Shown: positions 12,790-26,968 of the stretch, in pieces
How the letters are laid out: the number at the start of each line of letters is the position of its first letter
Position numbering within the stretch: position 1 is the stretch's first letter
Source of the DNA: Octopus vulgaris
Lineage: Eukaryota
DNA length: 64,000 nucleotides
Direction: 5' to 3'
NCBI GenBank assembly: GCA_951406725.2
Contig: OX597817.1
Coordinates: 155,620,001 to 155,684,000 of the forward strand
Program-made: the position numbers and the translations under genes
Notes under the pieces: generated by a model
What the model saw: the letters and a program-made list of their open reading frames with translations, nothing else
The model's database searches: none
What the model was told of the DNA's origin: nothing

Positions 12790-13253
12790 ACAAGTGTGGA
12801 TGTGTGGTAAGAAGATTGGTCCCCAATCATATGGTCTCAGGTTCAGTCCCACTGCATGGTACATTGGGCGAGTGTTTTCTTCAGTAATCTCAGGTCAACC
12901 AAAACCTTGTTGGTGGATTTGATAGATGGAAACTGAAAGAAGACCATCATATGTATATATACGTATATATGTATGCGTGTGTATTTGTGTGTGCATGTGT
13001 ATGTGCATGTGCATTTGTATGTGTTATTATTGTTTTCTTGCCTTGACTTCATGTGATAGTCGTAAATGAATATCACCTTCATGTCCTTTGTTTGCAATCT
13101 TCTGTAAAGCATGTCTGGACATGGGGCATATTACCTTATTTGCAAATATGAGGGTCGGTGACAGGAAGAGCATTTGGCTATTGAAAACACACCTTGACAA
13201 ATTTCATCTGACCCATACAAATATGGAAAAGGGGGCATTAAACAATAATAATA
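12790..13253 (+). mobile_element. Chimeric SINE: family-B head + RTE-type tail (family E)
   Basis: B head, microsatellite, then GGTGACAGGAAGAGCAT...GACCCATACAAATATGGAAAAG tail; homologue split across 58345-59555. Confidence 0.7.
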
Positions 13254-13992
13254 AAGAATGGTCCACACAGAGAGACAAATATTCAATCACCAACCCATTA
13301 TATTTCCAGTTATGGAAATGGAGTGATGTACAGGAGGGTGATGTTTCCAAACCTATCAGTGCAATGCTGAAAGAAAAACTTTAAATATCTAAGACCCCTC
13401 TTCACAACTTCAGCCCCATGGACCTTAGCATATCCCTTGTTCTTAAAACCCATTTCCATCACTGACAACCACCAGTTTACAGACATGTTGTTTCATTTTT
13501 TTCTCTCTGCTCCTAGTTTTCGAACTAGTTTTCGAACATCAGCCCCTAGTTTTTTAACTAGCTGGCTGCATAACCCACTTAATTCAGGCCCATATGATAC
13601 ACCTGTGTCACCCTTTCATGTTACCTCTTCTGTATCTCCTCTATCAGATCCCACACTCAATCACTCATCAATTCTTCATTCCCAGAATTCCATTCCTACC
13701 CATGTTTTTCTGCAGACATTGACCTATAAATGTTCAGAATGAACAACAAGTTCATTAATTTTCCTCAGCTTAAGTATCCCACAAAGGTCAGGGATGCTGC
13801 TCTCTTCCGCTGATTAACATTTTTTAAAAAAACTGTTTTGCATTTTCCAGTCTTTTTTTTTTCATTATTATCACTGAATGTTATTTGGTTAAGCACATAC
13901 TGTGAATATCCAATGGAAGAAAACAGATGCATACATACACACAGATACACACATATATGTGCATGCAAAGGCACACACACACACACACACAC

Positions 13993-14035
<43 letters not shown>

Positions 14036-14300
14036 ATGATGCAAATGAACAAATAATACTGCTTGGGCTAGATATACAGAATATACATACATACATACAT
14101 ACATACATACATACATACATACATACATACATACATACATACATACTTACATGCATACATACATGTATATAGAGAGAAATCAAAGACTGAAAATATTAAA
14201 TATTCCATGTAAAAATATATAGATATTTACTTATTACCAAAGCAAACTTACACAGGGTATAAAGACACAGAAAATTTAGGGGAGACGGTATGGTGTTATA

Positions 14301-14424
14301 GGCCTTACAGCTGTTTCTGGGGACTCAAGATTACTTCTTAATGTTGGCAGATGTAGTTTGCAAAAAGTCCGGGATTTGTGGAAACATCTAAGCATTAGGT
14401 AGATCCAGCTTCCATCTTCAGGAT
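14301..14424 (-). ncRNA. Degenerate type-I hammerhead with long stem II
   Basis: CUGAAGA-ugg...cca-GAAAC-agcu-GUA; palindromic ACAGCUGU; stem I weak. Confidence 0.5.
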
Positions 14425-14650
14425 GGAGAGATAGATATTTAACATAATAGCCACTTTTTACCCTGCCGACTTAGTCCTCAGTAATGATTTTGGAGGTGTA
14501 AGTTCAAATTATTTGAATGCTACTAAGTATTTTCTATACGAAGCATTTCTGGTCTTATATGTTAACTCTTTGTCTCTGTCTGTCTGTCTGTCTGCCTCCT
14601 GCTTGCCTGTCTGTCTGTCTGTCTGTCTCTCTCTTTATGTATATATATAT

Positions 14651-14783
14651 TGCTAACCAACCTCATGGTTCCGGGTTCAGTCCCACTGCGTGGCATCTTG
14701 GGCAAGTGTCTTCTGCTATAGCCCCGGGCCGACCAATGCCTTGTGAGTGGATTTGGTAGACGGAAACTGAAAGAAGCCTGTCG

Positions 14784-14817
<34 letters not shown>

Positions 14818-15035
14818 AGTTTGTGTGTCTGTGTTTGTCCCCCTAGCATTGCTTGACAACCGATGCTGGTGTGTTTACGTCACCGTCACTTAGCGGTTTG
14901 GCAAAAAGAGACCGATAGAATAAGTACTGGGCTTACAAAGAATAAGTCCCGGGGTCGATTTGCTCGACTAAAGGCGGTGCTCCAGCATGGCCGCAGTTAA
15001 ATGACTGAAACAAGTAAAAGAGTAAAAAGAGAGAG
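14651..15035 (+). mobile_element. SINE family B, young copy (5'-clipped)
   Basis: Near-identical to 15475-15898. Confidence 0.9.
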
Positions 15036-15127
15036 TATACACACACACATACATATATACAAATGCATATAGACATACATAAATACAAACATGCATACTC
15101 ACACACCTACATTCATGTATATATACA

Positions 15128-15470
15128 TATCTGTGAAAGTTTTTAAGACATTCTTGGGATTTCCATTTGAATTTTTGGAGATATATATACACGTGTACAA
15201 TTACATATATATATGGGGATACACATACACACATGCACATAAACACATGCAAATATGCATAAATAGTAATGAAATACACGTAACTACAGTGACATGCTCA
15301 CTCATAACATGAGAGCAAGTATGTCCTCACATACAAATCACTCATATTCACAAATTCCAGGAACTCTCTTGACTTTAGAAGAGCTTTATCACTTTGTTAG
15401 TGACCTGCTTCAAATTTGAGAACTTAAGGAAACTTCAAAGAGAAATGTACATCTATTATTACATACATAT
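15128..15470 (+). mobile_element. 3' end of R4-like LINE
   Basis: VKVFKTFLGF C-terminus plus UTR similar to 25810-26000. Confidence 0.5.
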
Positions 15471-15474
15471 ACAC

Positions 15475-15646
15475 AGGCGCAGGAGTGGCTGTGTGGTAAG
15501 TAGCTTGCTAACCAACCACATGGTTCCGGGTTCAGTCCCACTGCGTAGCATCTTGGGCAAGTGTCTTCTGCTATAGCCCCGGGCCGACCAATGCCTTGTG
15601 AGTGGATTTGGTAGATGGAAACTGAAAGAAGCCTGTCGTATATATG

Positions 15647-15677
<31 letters not shown>

Positions 15678-15898
15678 AGGGGGGGTTTGTGTGTCTGTAT
15701 TTGTCCCCCTAGCATTGCTTGACAACCGATGCTGGTGTGTTTACGTCCCTGTCACTTAGCGGTTCGGCAAAAGAGACCGATAGAATAAGTACTGGGCTTA
15801 CAAAGAATAAGTCCTGGGGTCGATTTGCTCGACTAAAGGCGGTGCTCCAGCATGGCCACAGTCAAATGACTGAAACAAGTAAAAGAGTAAAAGAGAGT
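15475..15898 (+). mobile_element. SINE family B, full length
   Basis: AGGCGCAGGAGTGGCTGTGTGG head, box B GGTTCAGTCCC, (GTAAAAGA)n tail. Confidence 0.9.
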
Positions 15899-15920
15899 AT
15901 ACCCACATACACCCATTTAC

Positions 15921-16011
15921 CTAGATATAGAGGTCAGCTGTCCCACAGATGTGAACAAATAGGAAAGAGAATATTCATGGACAACAGTTTCAAAACCTTT
16001 AGTTTCTCTAT
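15921..16011 (-). CDS. Candidate internal exon (xRETKGFETVVHEYSLSYLFTSVGQLTSISR)
   Basis: tttatattctag acceptor, AG|gtaaat donor, 91 nt open; phase fits an acceptor at 12760 giving AG|A-TGA stop. Confidence 0.35.
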
Positions 16012-16319
16012 CTAGAATATAAATCCACAATCATATTCATAATTACAAATGCAATTATAAATATATTGTTATGTTAGTAGTCACTTTCTTTTGCTTGAAA
16101 GCCTTTGCTAAATCCATCCAGCAAATACAGTTTTTAACCAGAATAGTAAAATAATGCTAGCCTTTTCTAAAGTTCAAACTATAGCTATTTATTAATGTTG
16201 CTATTTAAATTCCATTAATGGAGATTCGTTTCTTTGTTAGGAATTAGCTTCTTTATAAGAAGAATTCAAATTATAAAAAAATGTCTATATACATACATAC
16301 ATACATATATATATATAAC

Positions 16320-16363
<44 letters not shown>

Positions 16364-17088
16364 AATATTGTCATCTGTTGAAAGGATTGCCTAGCAACAA
16401 GTATGAAAAATATTTTTCCTGCTGAGTATATTCATACATTCCAATACAAGGAATTATTGTTGCTATATTTTAATCAAAACTTGTACTAAATACAACAGGT
16501 CTGAATATAGTTATACTATTGTGAAGGTCACCCACCAGGCTGATCTTTAGATTTTATTCAAAATTATTGGGAAACAGAAGAGTAAGTGATGAATACTTTG
16601 AAACTTTCATCTACCATCTACTTTTCCAAATGTGCATGGATCAGATGGAATTTGCTGAGGCAGATTTTCTATTCCCTGATATGCTGTTTATTGCCAACCT
16701 TTACTTGTGTCCAAGAAAGGTAATATTTCCCTTTGGGTGGACAACTGGACATGTTTTCAAGGAAAATTGGAAATAAATAACACAACTCATTGCCAGTGCC
16801 GCTGGACTGGCTCCTGTGCAGGTGGCACATAAAAAGCACCATTTGAGTGTGGCCGTTGCCAGTACCACCAAACTGGCCCTCATGCTGGTGGCATGTAAAA
16901 GCACCCACTACATTCTCGGAGTGGTTGGCATTAGGAAGGGCATCCAGCTGTAGAAACTCTGCAAGATCAGATTGGAGTCTGGTTCGTCAGACCTCAGTCA
17001 AATCGTCCAACCCATGGCAAACAGACGTTAAACGATGATGATGATGAACTCATATGACAGTAATACTTCTTTTACAACTGTCATGATA

Positions 17089-17983
17089 CAATCATGGCCA
17101 AAAGTTTGGAACATAGGTGAAAATTAGAATTTTTATATTAAATACCCAAAGTTATATTCAGTATAGAACTGACCATTGGATCAGTTATTATCTCTATTCT
17201 TTTTTTTATTTTTTACTTGTTTCAGTCATTTGACTGTGGCCATGCTGGAGCACCGCCTTTAGTCGAGCACATCAACCCCTGGACTTATTCTTTATAAGCT
17301 TAGTACTTATTCTATCGGTCTCTTTTGTCGAATCACTAAGTTACGGGGATGTAAACACACCAGCATTGGTTGTCAAGCGATGTTGGGGGGACAAACACAG
17401 ACACACACATACATATCATCATCATCATCATCATCATCGTTTAACGTCCGCTTTCCATGCTAGCATGGGTTGGACGGTTCAACTGGGGTCTGGCAAGCCC
17501 GAAGGCTGCACCAGGCCAGTCAGATCTGGCAGTGTTTCTACAGCTGGATGCCCTTCCTAACGCCAACCACTCCGAGAGTGTAGTGGGTGATTTTATGTGC
17601 CACCGACACAGGTGCCAGACGAGGCTGGCAGACGGCCACGCTCGGATGGTGATTTTATGTGCCACCGACACAGGTGCCAGACGAGGCTGGCAGACGGCCA
17701 CGCTCGGATGGTGTTTTTATGTGCCATATATATATATACTTGACAGGCTTCTTTCAGCTTCCGTCTACCAAATCCACTGACAAGGCTTTGGTTGGCTCGA
17801 GGCTATAGTAGAAGACACTTGCCCAAGGTGCCATGCAGTGGGACTGAACCCGGAACCATGTGGTTCATAAGCAAGCTACTTACCACACAGCCGCTCCTAT
17901 GCCTATATATTTGAATTGAATTGTACTTGGGCATAGCTACTTTAATTTTTTTTTTAAATGTTCCTAACTTTTGACCATGACTG
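17089..17983. mobile_element. Tc1-like MITE containing nested SINE-B and RTE tail
   Basis: TA-CAATCATGGCCAAAAGTTTGGAACA ... TGTTCCTAACTTTTGACCATGACTG-TA. Confidence 0.75.
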
Positions 17984-18298
17984 TATGTCAATGCAATGAC
18001 ATACGCACATGCACACATCTTTTCTCTTTTACTTGTTTAAGTCATTGGATTGCAGCCATGCTGGGGTAGCACCTTGAACGGTTTAGTTGAGCAAATCAAC
18101 TCTAGTACTTATTTTTAAGTCTGGTACTTATTATATCAAACTCAATTGCTGAACTGCTTGATTATGGGGCTGTAAACAAACCAACACCAGGATAATTACA
18201 AAGACACGCACACACACATGTATATAAATACGTGCTTTTACATACTGTCTGTCTGCCAGATTCACTCACAAGGCATTGATCAGTCTGTGGCTATGGTA

Positions 18299-18515
18299 CA
18301 AGGGGGTGCTGAAAAGATCCTGGCTTTAAGGGTATCATGAAAGGCCTGGTTGAAGGTCCAACCTTCCAAGTTCTTTTGCAGGGCTAAGAAAAACCGAAGG
18401 ACCTCTGTGATAAGTGTGTGGATCTGAGAGGAGAATATGCTGAATAAAATCATAATTAACTGATCTTCCTGTATTTTCTTTTACCCAAAGCCAGGAACTT
18501 TTTCAGACCCTCCTG
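18299..18515 (+). mobile_element. Mariner-derived MITE
   Basis: GCTGAAAAG(T/A)TCCTGGCTTT TIRs, TA TSD, retains transposase C-terminus (KCVDLRGEYAE*); copies 47395-47614(+) and 58946-59160(-). Confidence 0.8.
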
Positions 18516-18734
18516 TAGAAGACACTTGCCCAAGGTGCCACACAGTGGGACTGTACTAGAAACAATATGGTTGCAAAGTGAACTTCTTAACCGCATAATT
18601 GTGCCTGCATGTATTTCTACTCTTATCGTAAATTTGCACTTAGACAAAAAGGCTATTGGTGTACTTGGTTGTGTTAGAGCTTAAGTAATTCTTGAGACAA
18701 GCTGTTTATCTCAAGGTATAGGTGTTCTTTAACA

Positions 18735-19789
18735 CAATGGCTCTCAACCAGGGTCCATATGGCCCTTGAGGTTTCCTATAAGATTTTTTTGCTAAAACTA
18801 TCTGCAATAAGTTGGTTATATTTCTACAATGCACAAAATAGTTTAACAAATTTTCTCTTATACAATTCCTTATAACACTCAGTTATAAAAATATGATATG
18901 ATTTTTTAAAACCCTTTTGTTACCATGTTTCTGTAGAGATGTTCTGTTATCATCATCATCGTTTAACGTCCACTTTCCATGCGAGCATGGGTTGGACGAT
19001 TTGACTGAGGTCTAGTGAACCAGATGGTGGCACCAGACTCCAATCTAATCTGGAAGAGTTTCTACAGCTAGATGCCCTTCCTAATGCCGACCACTCCGAG
19101 AGTGTAGTGGGTGCTTTAACATACCACCGGCATGAGGGCCAGTCAGGCGGTACTGGCAACAGCCACACTCAAATGGTGCTTTTTATGTGCCAGCTGCTCA
19201 GGAGCCAGTACTGGCAACGACCTCGCTCGAATGTATTTTTCACGTGCCACCAGCACAAGTGCTAGTAAGGCAACGCAAGAAACAATCACGCTTGAATGGT
19301 GTTTTTAACGTGCCATCAGCATGAAGGCCAGTTTGTTGCTCTGGCAATGATCTCACTCATATGGTACTCTTAGCGCTCCACTAGCACGGATGCCAGTCAT
19401 CAAATTAGATTTCGATTTCGATTTCACTTGTCTCAACAGGTCTTTGCAAGCAGAGTTTAGTGTCCAATGAAGGAAATGAACGCATAAGTGGGCTGGCTAC
19501 ACTCCTGGCATAGGCCACAAGGTTCATAGGCCACAAGGTTGCATCAATTAATTTTAAATATAACAAAGAATTTAGTAAGCTAGTGTTGGGAACATAAATT
19601 GTGACTAAGGTTTGGTGGAAGATTCTAATTCAAAACTTATGAAAACAAGGCATTTGTACAACAGAGCCAGAGGCTATTTCAGGTGGGTTCGTGTTGAAAA
19701 GGTTAAACATCAAATGGCTAGGATGGTCCACCTGAGTAAAATAGACATCAAAATAGTTCATAGGTAAAAAAAATGGTTGAGGAACCCTG
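18735..19789. mobile_element. hAT MITE containing nested piggyBac-like MITE (about 18908-19706) and RTE tail
   Basis: CAATGGCTCTCAACC...GGTTGAGGAACCCTG, 8-bp TSD CTTTAACA/ATTTAACA. Confidence 0.75.
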
Positions 19790-20072
19790 ATTTAACACTT
19801 ATTCTACAAATTCACTCTGCAAGCCAAACAGTGAAAATGTGTATGATTTTTCTAAAATTAGCAAGTATCTCTTTACTTTTGTTATAAACTAAATTTCAGT
19901 GACAGTTTTATTTCCTAGGAATCAGTCCAATCTTTATCGGAAGAATTCAAAGAATTAAAAAATAGAATAAATATACATAACTACATGCACGAATACGTAC
20001 ATACATACATACATACATACATACACATGCATGTGTACATACATGCTTACATATATTTATTTAAACACATAT

Positions 20073-20137
<65 letters not shown>

Positions 20138-20419
20138 CATAAATACACAGGCATGCATACTTATATAGACATACATACTCACAGACAGACATGCACAGAC
20201 ACTTACAGACATACATATAAATACACACATGCATGCACATAGTACGAGAGAGAAAGAGAAAAATACACATACACATTTATATATATCCACATACGAATAC
20301 ATACATATACACATATATTCATGCATACATGCATGCACACACATATGCTCACATTGCTAAATATATACACACAAACAGATTGAGAAGCTATCAAGTAGTA
20401 CTTTTGTAAGCTATAAGAT

Positions 20420-20488
20420 AGATACCAGTCTGACTCCATGATATCATGTTCCTTTGGGACCTGATATTATGGAGTTAGACTGGTATCT
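20420..20488 (+). other. 69-nt near-perfect hairpin (pre-miRNA-like)
   Basis: 27-bp stem whose only two non-Watson-Crick positions are G-U on +, plus apical stem and UUU loop. Confidence 0.55.
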
Positions 20489-20596
20489 TTCCTACCAAAC
20501 AGAAGAAGCAAACTAGAGATTAGACAGTTTGAGGTCACTGATTTTCAGTTTTCTACATCGGTGACATGAAAAAATTCATTGATATTGCAACATAAC

Positions 20597-20688
<92 letters not shown>

Positions 20689-20941
20689 AACAAACTTCCA
20701 AACACGCACACATACACACAAACTCACCTATATGTGTGTGTGTGAGTGCATGCGTGTGTGTATGTGTGTGCGTGTGTGTGTATGCATCAGTGTATGTACA
20801 TGTGTATGTATGTATACATACATATATGTGTGTATATATGTATAATGTATGGTTCTGTGATGGAAAGTTCAGCCAAAATAAGGTACTCCTTTAAATAAAT
20901 AATATATATATATATACACACATGCATACATACATATATAC

Positions 20942-21015
<74 letters not shown>

Positions 21016-21700
21016 GCACATGTGCACACACACACATACATATAGACATATGTATAAATATATAAATATATGTATATAAGTATATAAGCAGGTATAGGTA
21101 AGTGTCTATCTATATACATATAGATACAAGTTGATATATACACATTGCACTCTACATGTATACATGCGTACACACACATGTATGAATGTATGTATGTATG
21201 TATGTATGTATGTATGTATGTATGTATGTATGTATGCGTGTGTGTATATATATCTAAATGCATATAAAACTCTCTCTCTCTCTCTCTCTCTCTCTATAAA
21301 TATATATATATATGTATAAAATATATACGTGTATACATACAATAGTAAGAGACACTAACATAACCTGTAATTTCTTTGTGGACAATCTTAAGACATATGT
21401 TAAAATATTTACAATACTGGAAAAACAACTGGATTTAGTAACACCAGTTTCTACTGATATTGAGATGGAATTTGGTCAAAAGAAATGTTCATGTCAAAAA
21501 GTTGAATGCTGGAAAATTCTTACTCAAAACCTATGCGTCAATGGCCTCTTTCTATCTTCCCTGTATCATGTAAGGTGCTATGAATACTCGTACCTAAAAC
21601 ATATACAAAGATGTGAAAGAAATGATGGAATGTTTAATGAAAATTATATGACAATCAGTGATTTTATTTTTCAATAATATAATGTACACAATGTGTACAT

Positions 21701-22107
21701 AGGCGTAGGAGTGGCTGTGTGGTAAGTAGCTTGCTTATGAACCACATGGTTCCGGGTTCAGTCCCACTGCGTGGCACTTTGGGTAGGTGTCTTCTACTAT
21801 AGCCTCGGGCCGACCAAAGCCTTGTGAGTGGATTTGGTAGATGGAAACTGAAAGAAGCCCATCGTATATATATATATATGTATATGTGTGCGTATTTGTG
21901 TGTCTGTTTGTCCCCCCAACATCGCTTGACAACCGATGCTGGTGTGTATTTACGTACCCGTAACTTAACGGTTCGGCAAAAAATAGACCGATAAAATAAG
22001 TACTAGGCTTATAAAGAATAAGTCCCGGGGTCGATTTGATCGACTAAAGGTGGTGCTCCAGCATGGCCGCAGTCAAATGACTGAAACTAGTAAAAGAGTA
22101 AAAGAGT
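21701..22107 (+). mobile_element. SINE family B, full length
   Basis: Homology to 15475-15898. Confidence 0.9.
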
Positions 22108-24440
22108 AATGTATTTGTAATATCAGTATTGATACCAGCATTTGGGATACTTGATGTGTTTGTAAAGGAAATAGGCTCCATAGAAATTAAAATCAACAGT
22201 ATATCCTGACTTCAGCTTCAAATGATATCAGTAGTCTCAGGAGATAAGAGTAGGGAAGAGACTTACAATTAGCATAGATAGACTCTGAGTGCTGGATGGT
22301 ATCACTTGGGTAGCATCTGCTAAGTAATCATTTCTGCACAAGGCCTGAAATTTTGGGGGAGGGGACTAGTCTATTACATAGACCCCAGTGTTACACTGGT
22401 ACTTATTTTATCGATCTGAAAGGATGAAAGGCAAAGTCGACCCCAGTAGCACTTGAAATCAGAATGTAAAGTTGTAAAGAAATGTTACTAGACATTTTTC
22501 CCTGGCATGGTAACAATTCTTATTTCTTTATTGTCCACAAGGGGCTAAACATAGAGGGGACAAACAAGGACAGACAAATGGATTAAGTCGATTACATCGA
22601 CCCCAGTGTGTAACAGGTATTTAATTTATCGACCCCGAAAGGATGAAAGGCAAAGTCGACCTCGGCGGAATTTGAACTCAGAATGTAACGGCAGACGAAA
22701 TACTGCTAAGCATTTTGCCCGGTGTGCTAACGTTTCTGCCAGCTCACCACCTTTGATGGTAGTAACATTAAATTAAAATGAAGTCTCTTGGACTCATAAG
22801 TGTCCCTCTATATCATATTTTGAAAGTCAAACTTTTGCAATTGATGAATGAAAAAAATAGGTACAAAATAAATAATAAACAAAAGAGACAGTGGAGCCCT
22901 TAAGCTCCCAAGATGCAATTGAAAATGTCATGTCACATTCTTATGCAAAGTATTACACATCATTAGTAGCTGTCCCCCAAAATGCCATCATGGTACAACT
23001 TCCTATTACATCATGATCATGATGATGATGATCATCATCGTTTAACGTCCGCTTTCCATGCTAGCATGGGTTGGACGATTTGACTGGGGACTGGTGAACC
23101 AGATAGCTGTGCCAGGCTCCAATCTGATCTGGCAGAGTTTCTACTGCTGGATGCCCTTCCTAACGCCAACCACTCCGAGAGTGTAGTGGCTGCTTTTAAA
23201 GTGCCACCGACACGAGGGCCAGTCTGGCAGCACTGGCAATGGCCACACTCGAAAAAAACAATATATAATGCTTTTCAGAGATAAGACTGCCTTGGGATAA
23301 ACATAAGCAATACCCCTGTAATTGAATGGCACTCCATTGGTTATGACAATGACAGTTCCAGTTGATCTGATCAACAGAACAACCTGCTCATGAAATTAAT
23401 GGGCAGGTGGCTGAGCACTCTACAGACATGTGTACCCTTAACGTAGTTCTCAAAAAGATTCAGCATGACACAGAGTGTGACAAAGTTGACTCTTTGAAAT
23501 GCAAGTACTACTCATTTTTGCCAGCTGAGTGGACTGCAGCAATGTGAAATAAAGTGTCTTGTTCAAGGACACAATGTGTCACCAGGAATTGAACTCATGA
23601 CCTTACAGTCATGAACTAAATACCCTAACCACTTAGCCACACACCTTCATCCTGTTATTGAATACATACATGGCCTTGCTATTTGCTTTTGAGCCAAATT
23701 AACTAACTAACTAACTAACTAAAGCAAGGACTATTGGCGAAGCATTTCCTGCAAATTTTCTTCCAGATGACGCACAATCTGTAAGTGAAGCAGTTAAATT
23801 AGGTAAGACTATTTTACAGATCAACCTGTACCACTGTCATTTTTGTTGTCCAAATTTCAGCAATGAAGCTTTGTTTTTATTTTTTTTTAGTTAGAAACCA
23901 TCTTCTGTAGGGTAAGAGTTTGGTTAGGATAAGTGTTGATATTTAGTAATCATTTGAAAAAAGACTATTGGCCTGGATTTTGATAGCCTGTCTCCCTCTC
24001 TGCTGTATCTATAATTGCAAATGTTGCAAATATGTGAGTTGTCTAACCTACTTACTTAACAGAAACTTAGGGGAGAAATTCTCATCATATCAAGAGAGTG
24101 ATATGTGTGGGTACATGTTCTGCATTTGAGAGGACACCAACAACAGTGACAGGAAGTGTAACCTATCTTAGACCTGTGGTAGATACAACACACCCAACCT
24201 TGAATGATATGCCTTTGATAATCAGAAACAGGAAATAGCTACTAAATACCTAATTAATAAGAGAGATAAAGATACCTTCTAATCTCGCAATTGAAATGTT
24301 GTGATAAAACAATGTTATAACGAAAAATGTTGAGTGTATCATATCAACATGGTAGATAAACAATCACATGATTAGCAACTGTCCAAAAATATTCACTGAG
24401 TATTATCTTCTTATAAGATATGGTATTGTTGCTAAAACTA

Positions 24441-25044
24441 CTGTAAATCCTCAAGTATAGTCTGCCCTTGAGTATAATACGCAGGGGAATTTTGTGGGGC
24501 TGAACCTCTGAAAAACTTAAACCTTGGGTATAATACGCACCCCTTCTCTAACTTGAGTCAAGAAGGTCTATATAATGTCCTTGGTTTGTAAAAATTTATA
24601 CGGTAACGTCCTTTATTATGCACCCCTTGTCTAACTTGAGTCAAGGAGGTCTATATAACGTCTTTGGTTTGTAAAAATGTATACGGTAACGCCCTTTATT
24701 ATTATTGTATATATAACATAATGCAAATGTGTAGCTTTTTCGTGCATTTTGTTTGCAGAAAATAAAGAAATAACAGTAATAACAGTAATAACGTTTAATA
24801 AATGTTGCTTACTGCAAGTTATGGATGATTCTCTTATGACTTCATTGCTTTCAGGCTTAGCTTAAGGTATTTTCGCGCCCAACACCACAAAATGCATCTG
24901 AATAAACATTGCTGGACAGCAAATAGAGTCTCGGACATTGCTAAGAAAATAATTTTCATTTTTAACCTCGTGTATAGTATGTTCTAGGGATTTTGACCTT
25001 TAAATTTTAGGGGAAAAATGCGGATTATACTCAAGGATTTACAG
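24441..25044. mobile_element. Tigger/pogo-like MITE
   Basis: TA-CTGTAAATCCTCAAGTATAGTC ... GATTATACTCAAGGATTTACAG-TA; internal ~83-bp duplication. Confidence 0.8.
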
Positions 25045-25367
25045 TACTTTCTGTAATATCCAAAGGATATGGTAAACTAAGGAAGTACTTACTACTTTTG
25101 TATCTGGGGTTTTAGATATTCATTTGTACCTGTTATCATAGGTGTACTGGGTTATGCAGTATGAGTTGGTCATAAAAGATTGGAAATGTTAGAGCTTTCC
25201 AAAAAAGAACAAAGCAATTTAATTTGCAAACTCTGAAGCCAATTTAGTGGGTACAATGAAGATCTGTGAAAACATTCTAAGTTTCTGACATTGACATATG
25301 TATACAATCACATGTGTACATTTGACAAATACACATACATAAAGAGTAATCAAACACATGCACACAT

Positions 25368-25531
25368 AGGCGCAGGAGTGGCTGTGTGGTAGGTAGCTTG
25401 TTTACCAACCACATGGTTCTGGGTTCAGTCCCACTGCGTGGCACCTTGGGCAAGTGTCTTCTACTATAGCCTCGGGCCAACCAAAGCCTTGTGAGTGGCT
25501 TTGGTAGACGGAAACTGAAAGAAGCCCATCG

Positions 25532-25577
<46 letters not shown>

Positions 25578-25800
25578 CGTGTGTGTGTTTGTGTGTCTGT
25601 ATTTGTCCCCGTAGCATTGTTTGACAACCGATGCTGGTGTGTTTATGTCCCTGTTACTTAGCGGTTCGGCAAAAGAGACCGATAGAATAAGTACTGGGCT
25701 TACAAAAAGAATAAGTCCTGGGGTCGAGTTGCTCGATTAAAGGCCGTGCTCCAGCATGGCCGCAGTCAAATGACTGAAACAAGTAAAAGAGTAAAAGAGT
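25368..25800 (+). mobile_element. SINE family B, full length
   Basis: Homology to 15475-15898. Confidence 0.9.
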
Positions 25801-26899
25801 ATATGATGAGTAATCACATACATCCACACTTTTGTACTAAGGAGATATGTATGTCCATTACGTGAGAGTAAGTTTATTCATGTATATACTTGCATATATG
25901 AATATATTCACATATAATTTCCTGGAACTGACTAGCTTCAAACAAGAAGTCTTTGTCATTTTGTTTATGACTAGCTTGAATTCTACCAAGAAAATCTTAG
26001 ATACATATTAAAGAAAATCTTAGATACATATTAAAGAAAAACTTAGATACATATTATAGAAAAACATAAATACATGCAAGCATGCATACATACATATCTG
26101 TATGCATACCTACATATACTCTCTCTCTTTTCCTCTATTACTTGTCTCAGTCATTTGACTGTGGCCATGCTGGAGCACATCGACCCCAGGGCTTATTCTT
26201 TGTAAGCCAAACCACTAAGTTATGGGGACGTAAACACACCAGCATCGGTAGTCAAGCGATGTTGGGGGACAAACACATATACACACAAACATATACACAC
26301 ACATGCATATACGCACAAACATATACACACACATGCATATATATATATACATATATACAATGAGCTTCTTTCTACCAAATCCACTCACAAGGTTTTGGTC
26401 GGCCCAAGGCTATAGCAGAAGACACTTGCCCAAGATGCCACGCAGTGGAACTGAACCTGGAACCATGTGGTTCATAAGGAAGCTACTTACCACACAGCTA
26501 CTCCTACGCCTACACAAATGTATACACAAATCCATACTATATTTATTCATATATAATACACACACATGCATAATGCGCACCACTATTTTTCTGCAATAAA
26601 ATGACAGGAAAAATATGTCATGTATATTATGCACTGATTTTTCATTGGAGAAAAAACAGTTCAATTAAAAAATGAAACAAGTAATTACAGGAAATCTTAA
26701 AAAATAATTTGGCTTTCCTGTGTTACCAAAGTGAATGAGTAAAAAGATTTAGAATAATGCAAAAATTTTGCTTCTCAACCACATGGTTGAGGGTTCAGTT
26801 CCACTATGTGGCACCCTGGGCAAGTATCTTCGACTATAGCCTTGGACTAACCAAAGCCTTGTGAGTTGATTTGGTAGACAGAAACTGAAAGAAGTCTGT

Positions 26900-26968
<69 letters not shown>

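Larger units (their letters stand above)
21345..26060 (+). mobile_element. Fragmented R4/Dong-clade (RLE) non-LTR retrotransposon
   Basis: Collinear pieces: FFVDNLKTY..DIEMEFGQKKC (RT, 21345-21600), VLIPAFGILD (22120), HMISNCPK..YYLLIRYGIVAKT (Zn knuckle/RHD-like, 24365-24438), FVPVIIGVLGY (RLE C-terminus, 25120), then 3'UTR and 23-bp tandem tail. Confidence 0.75.
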
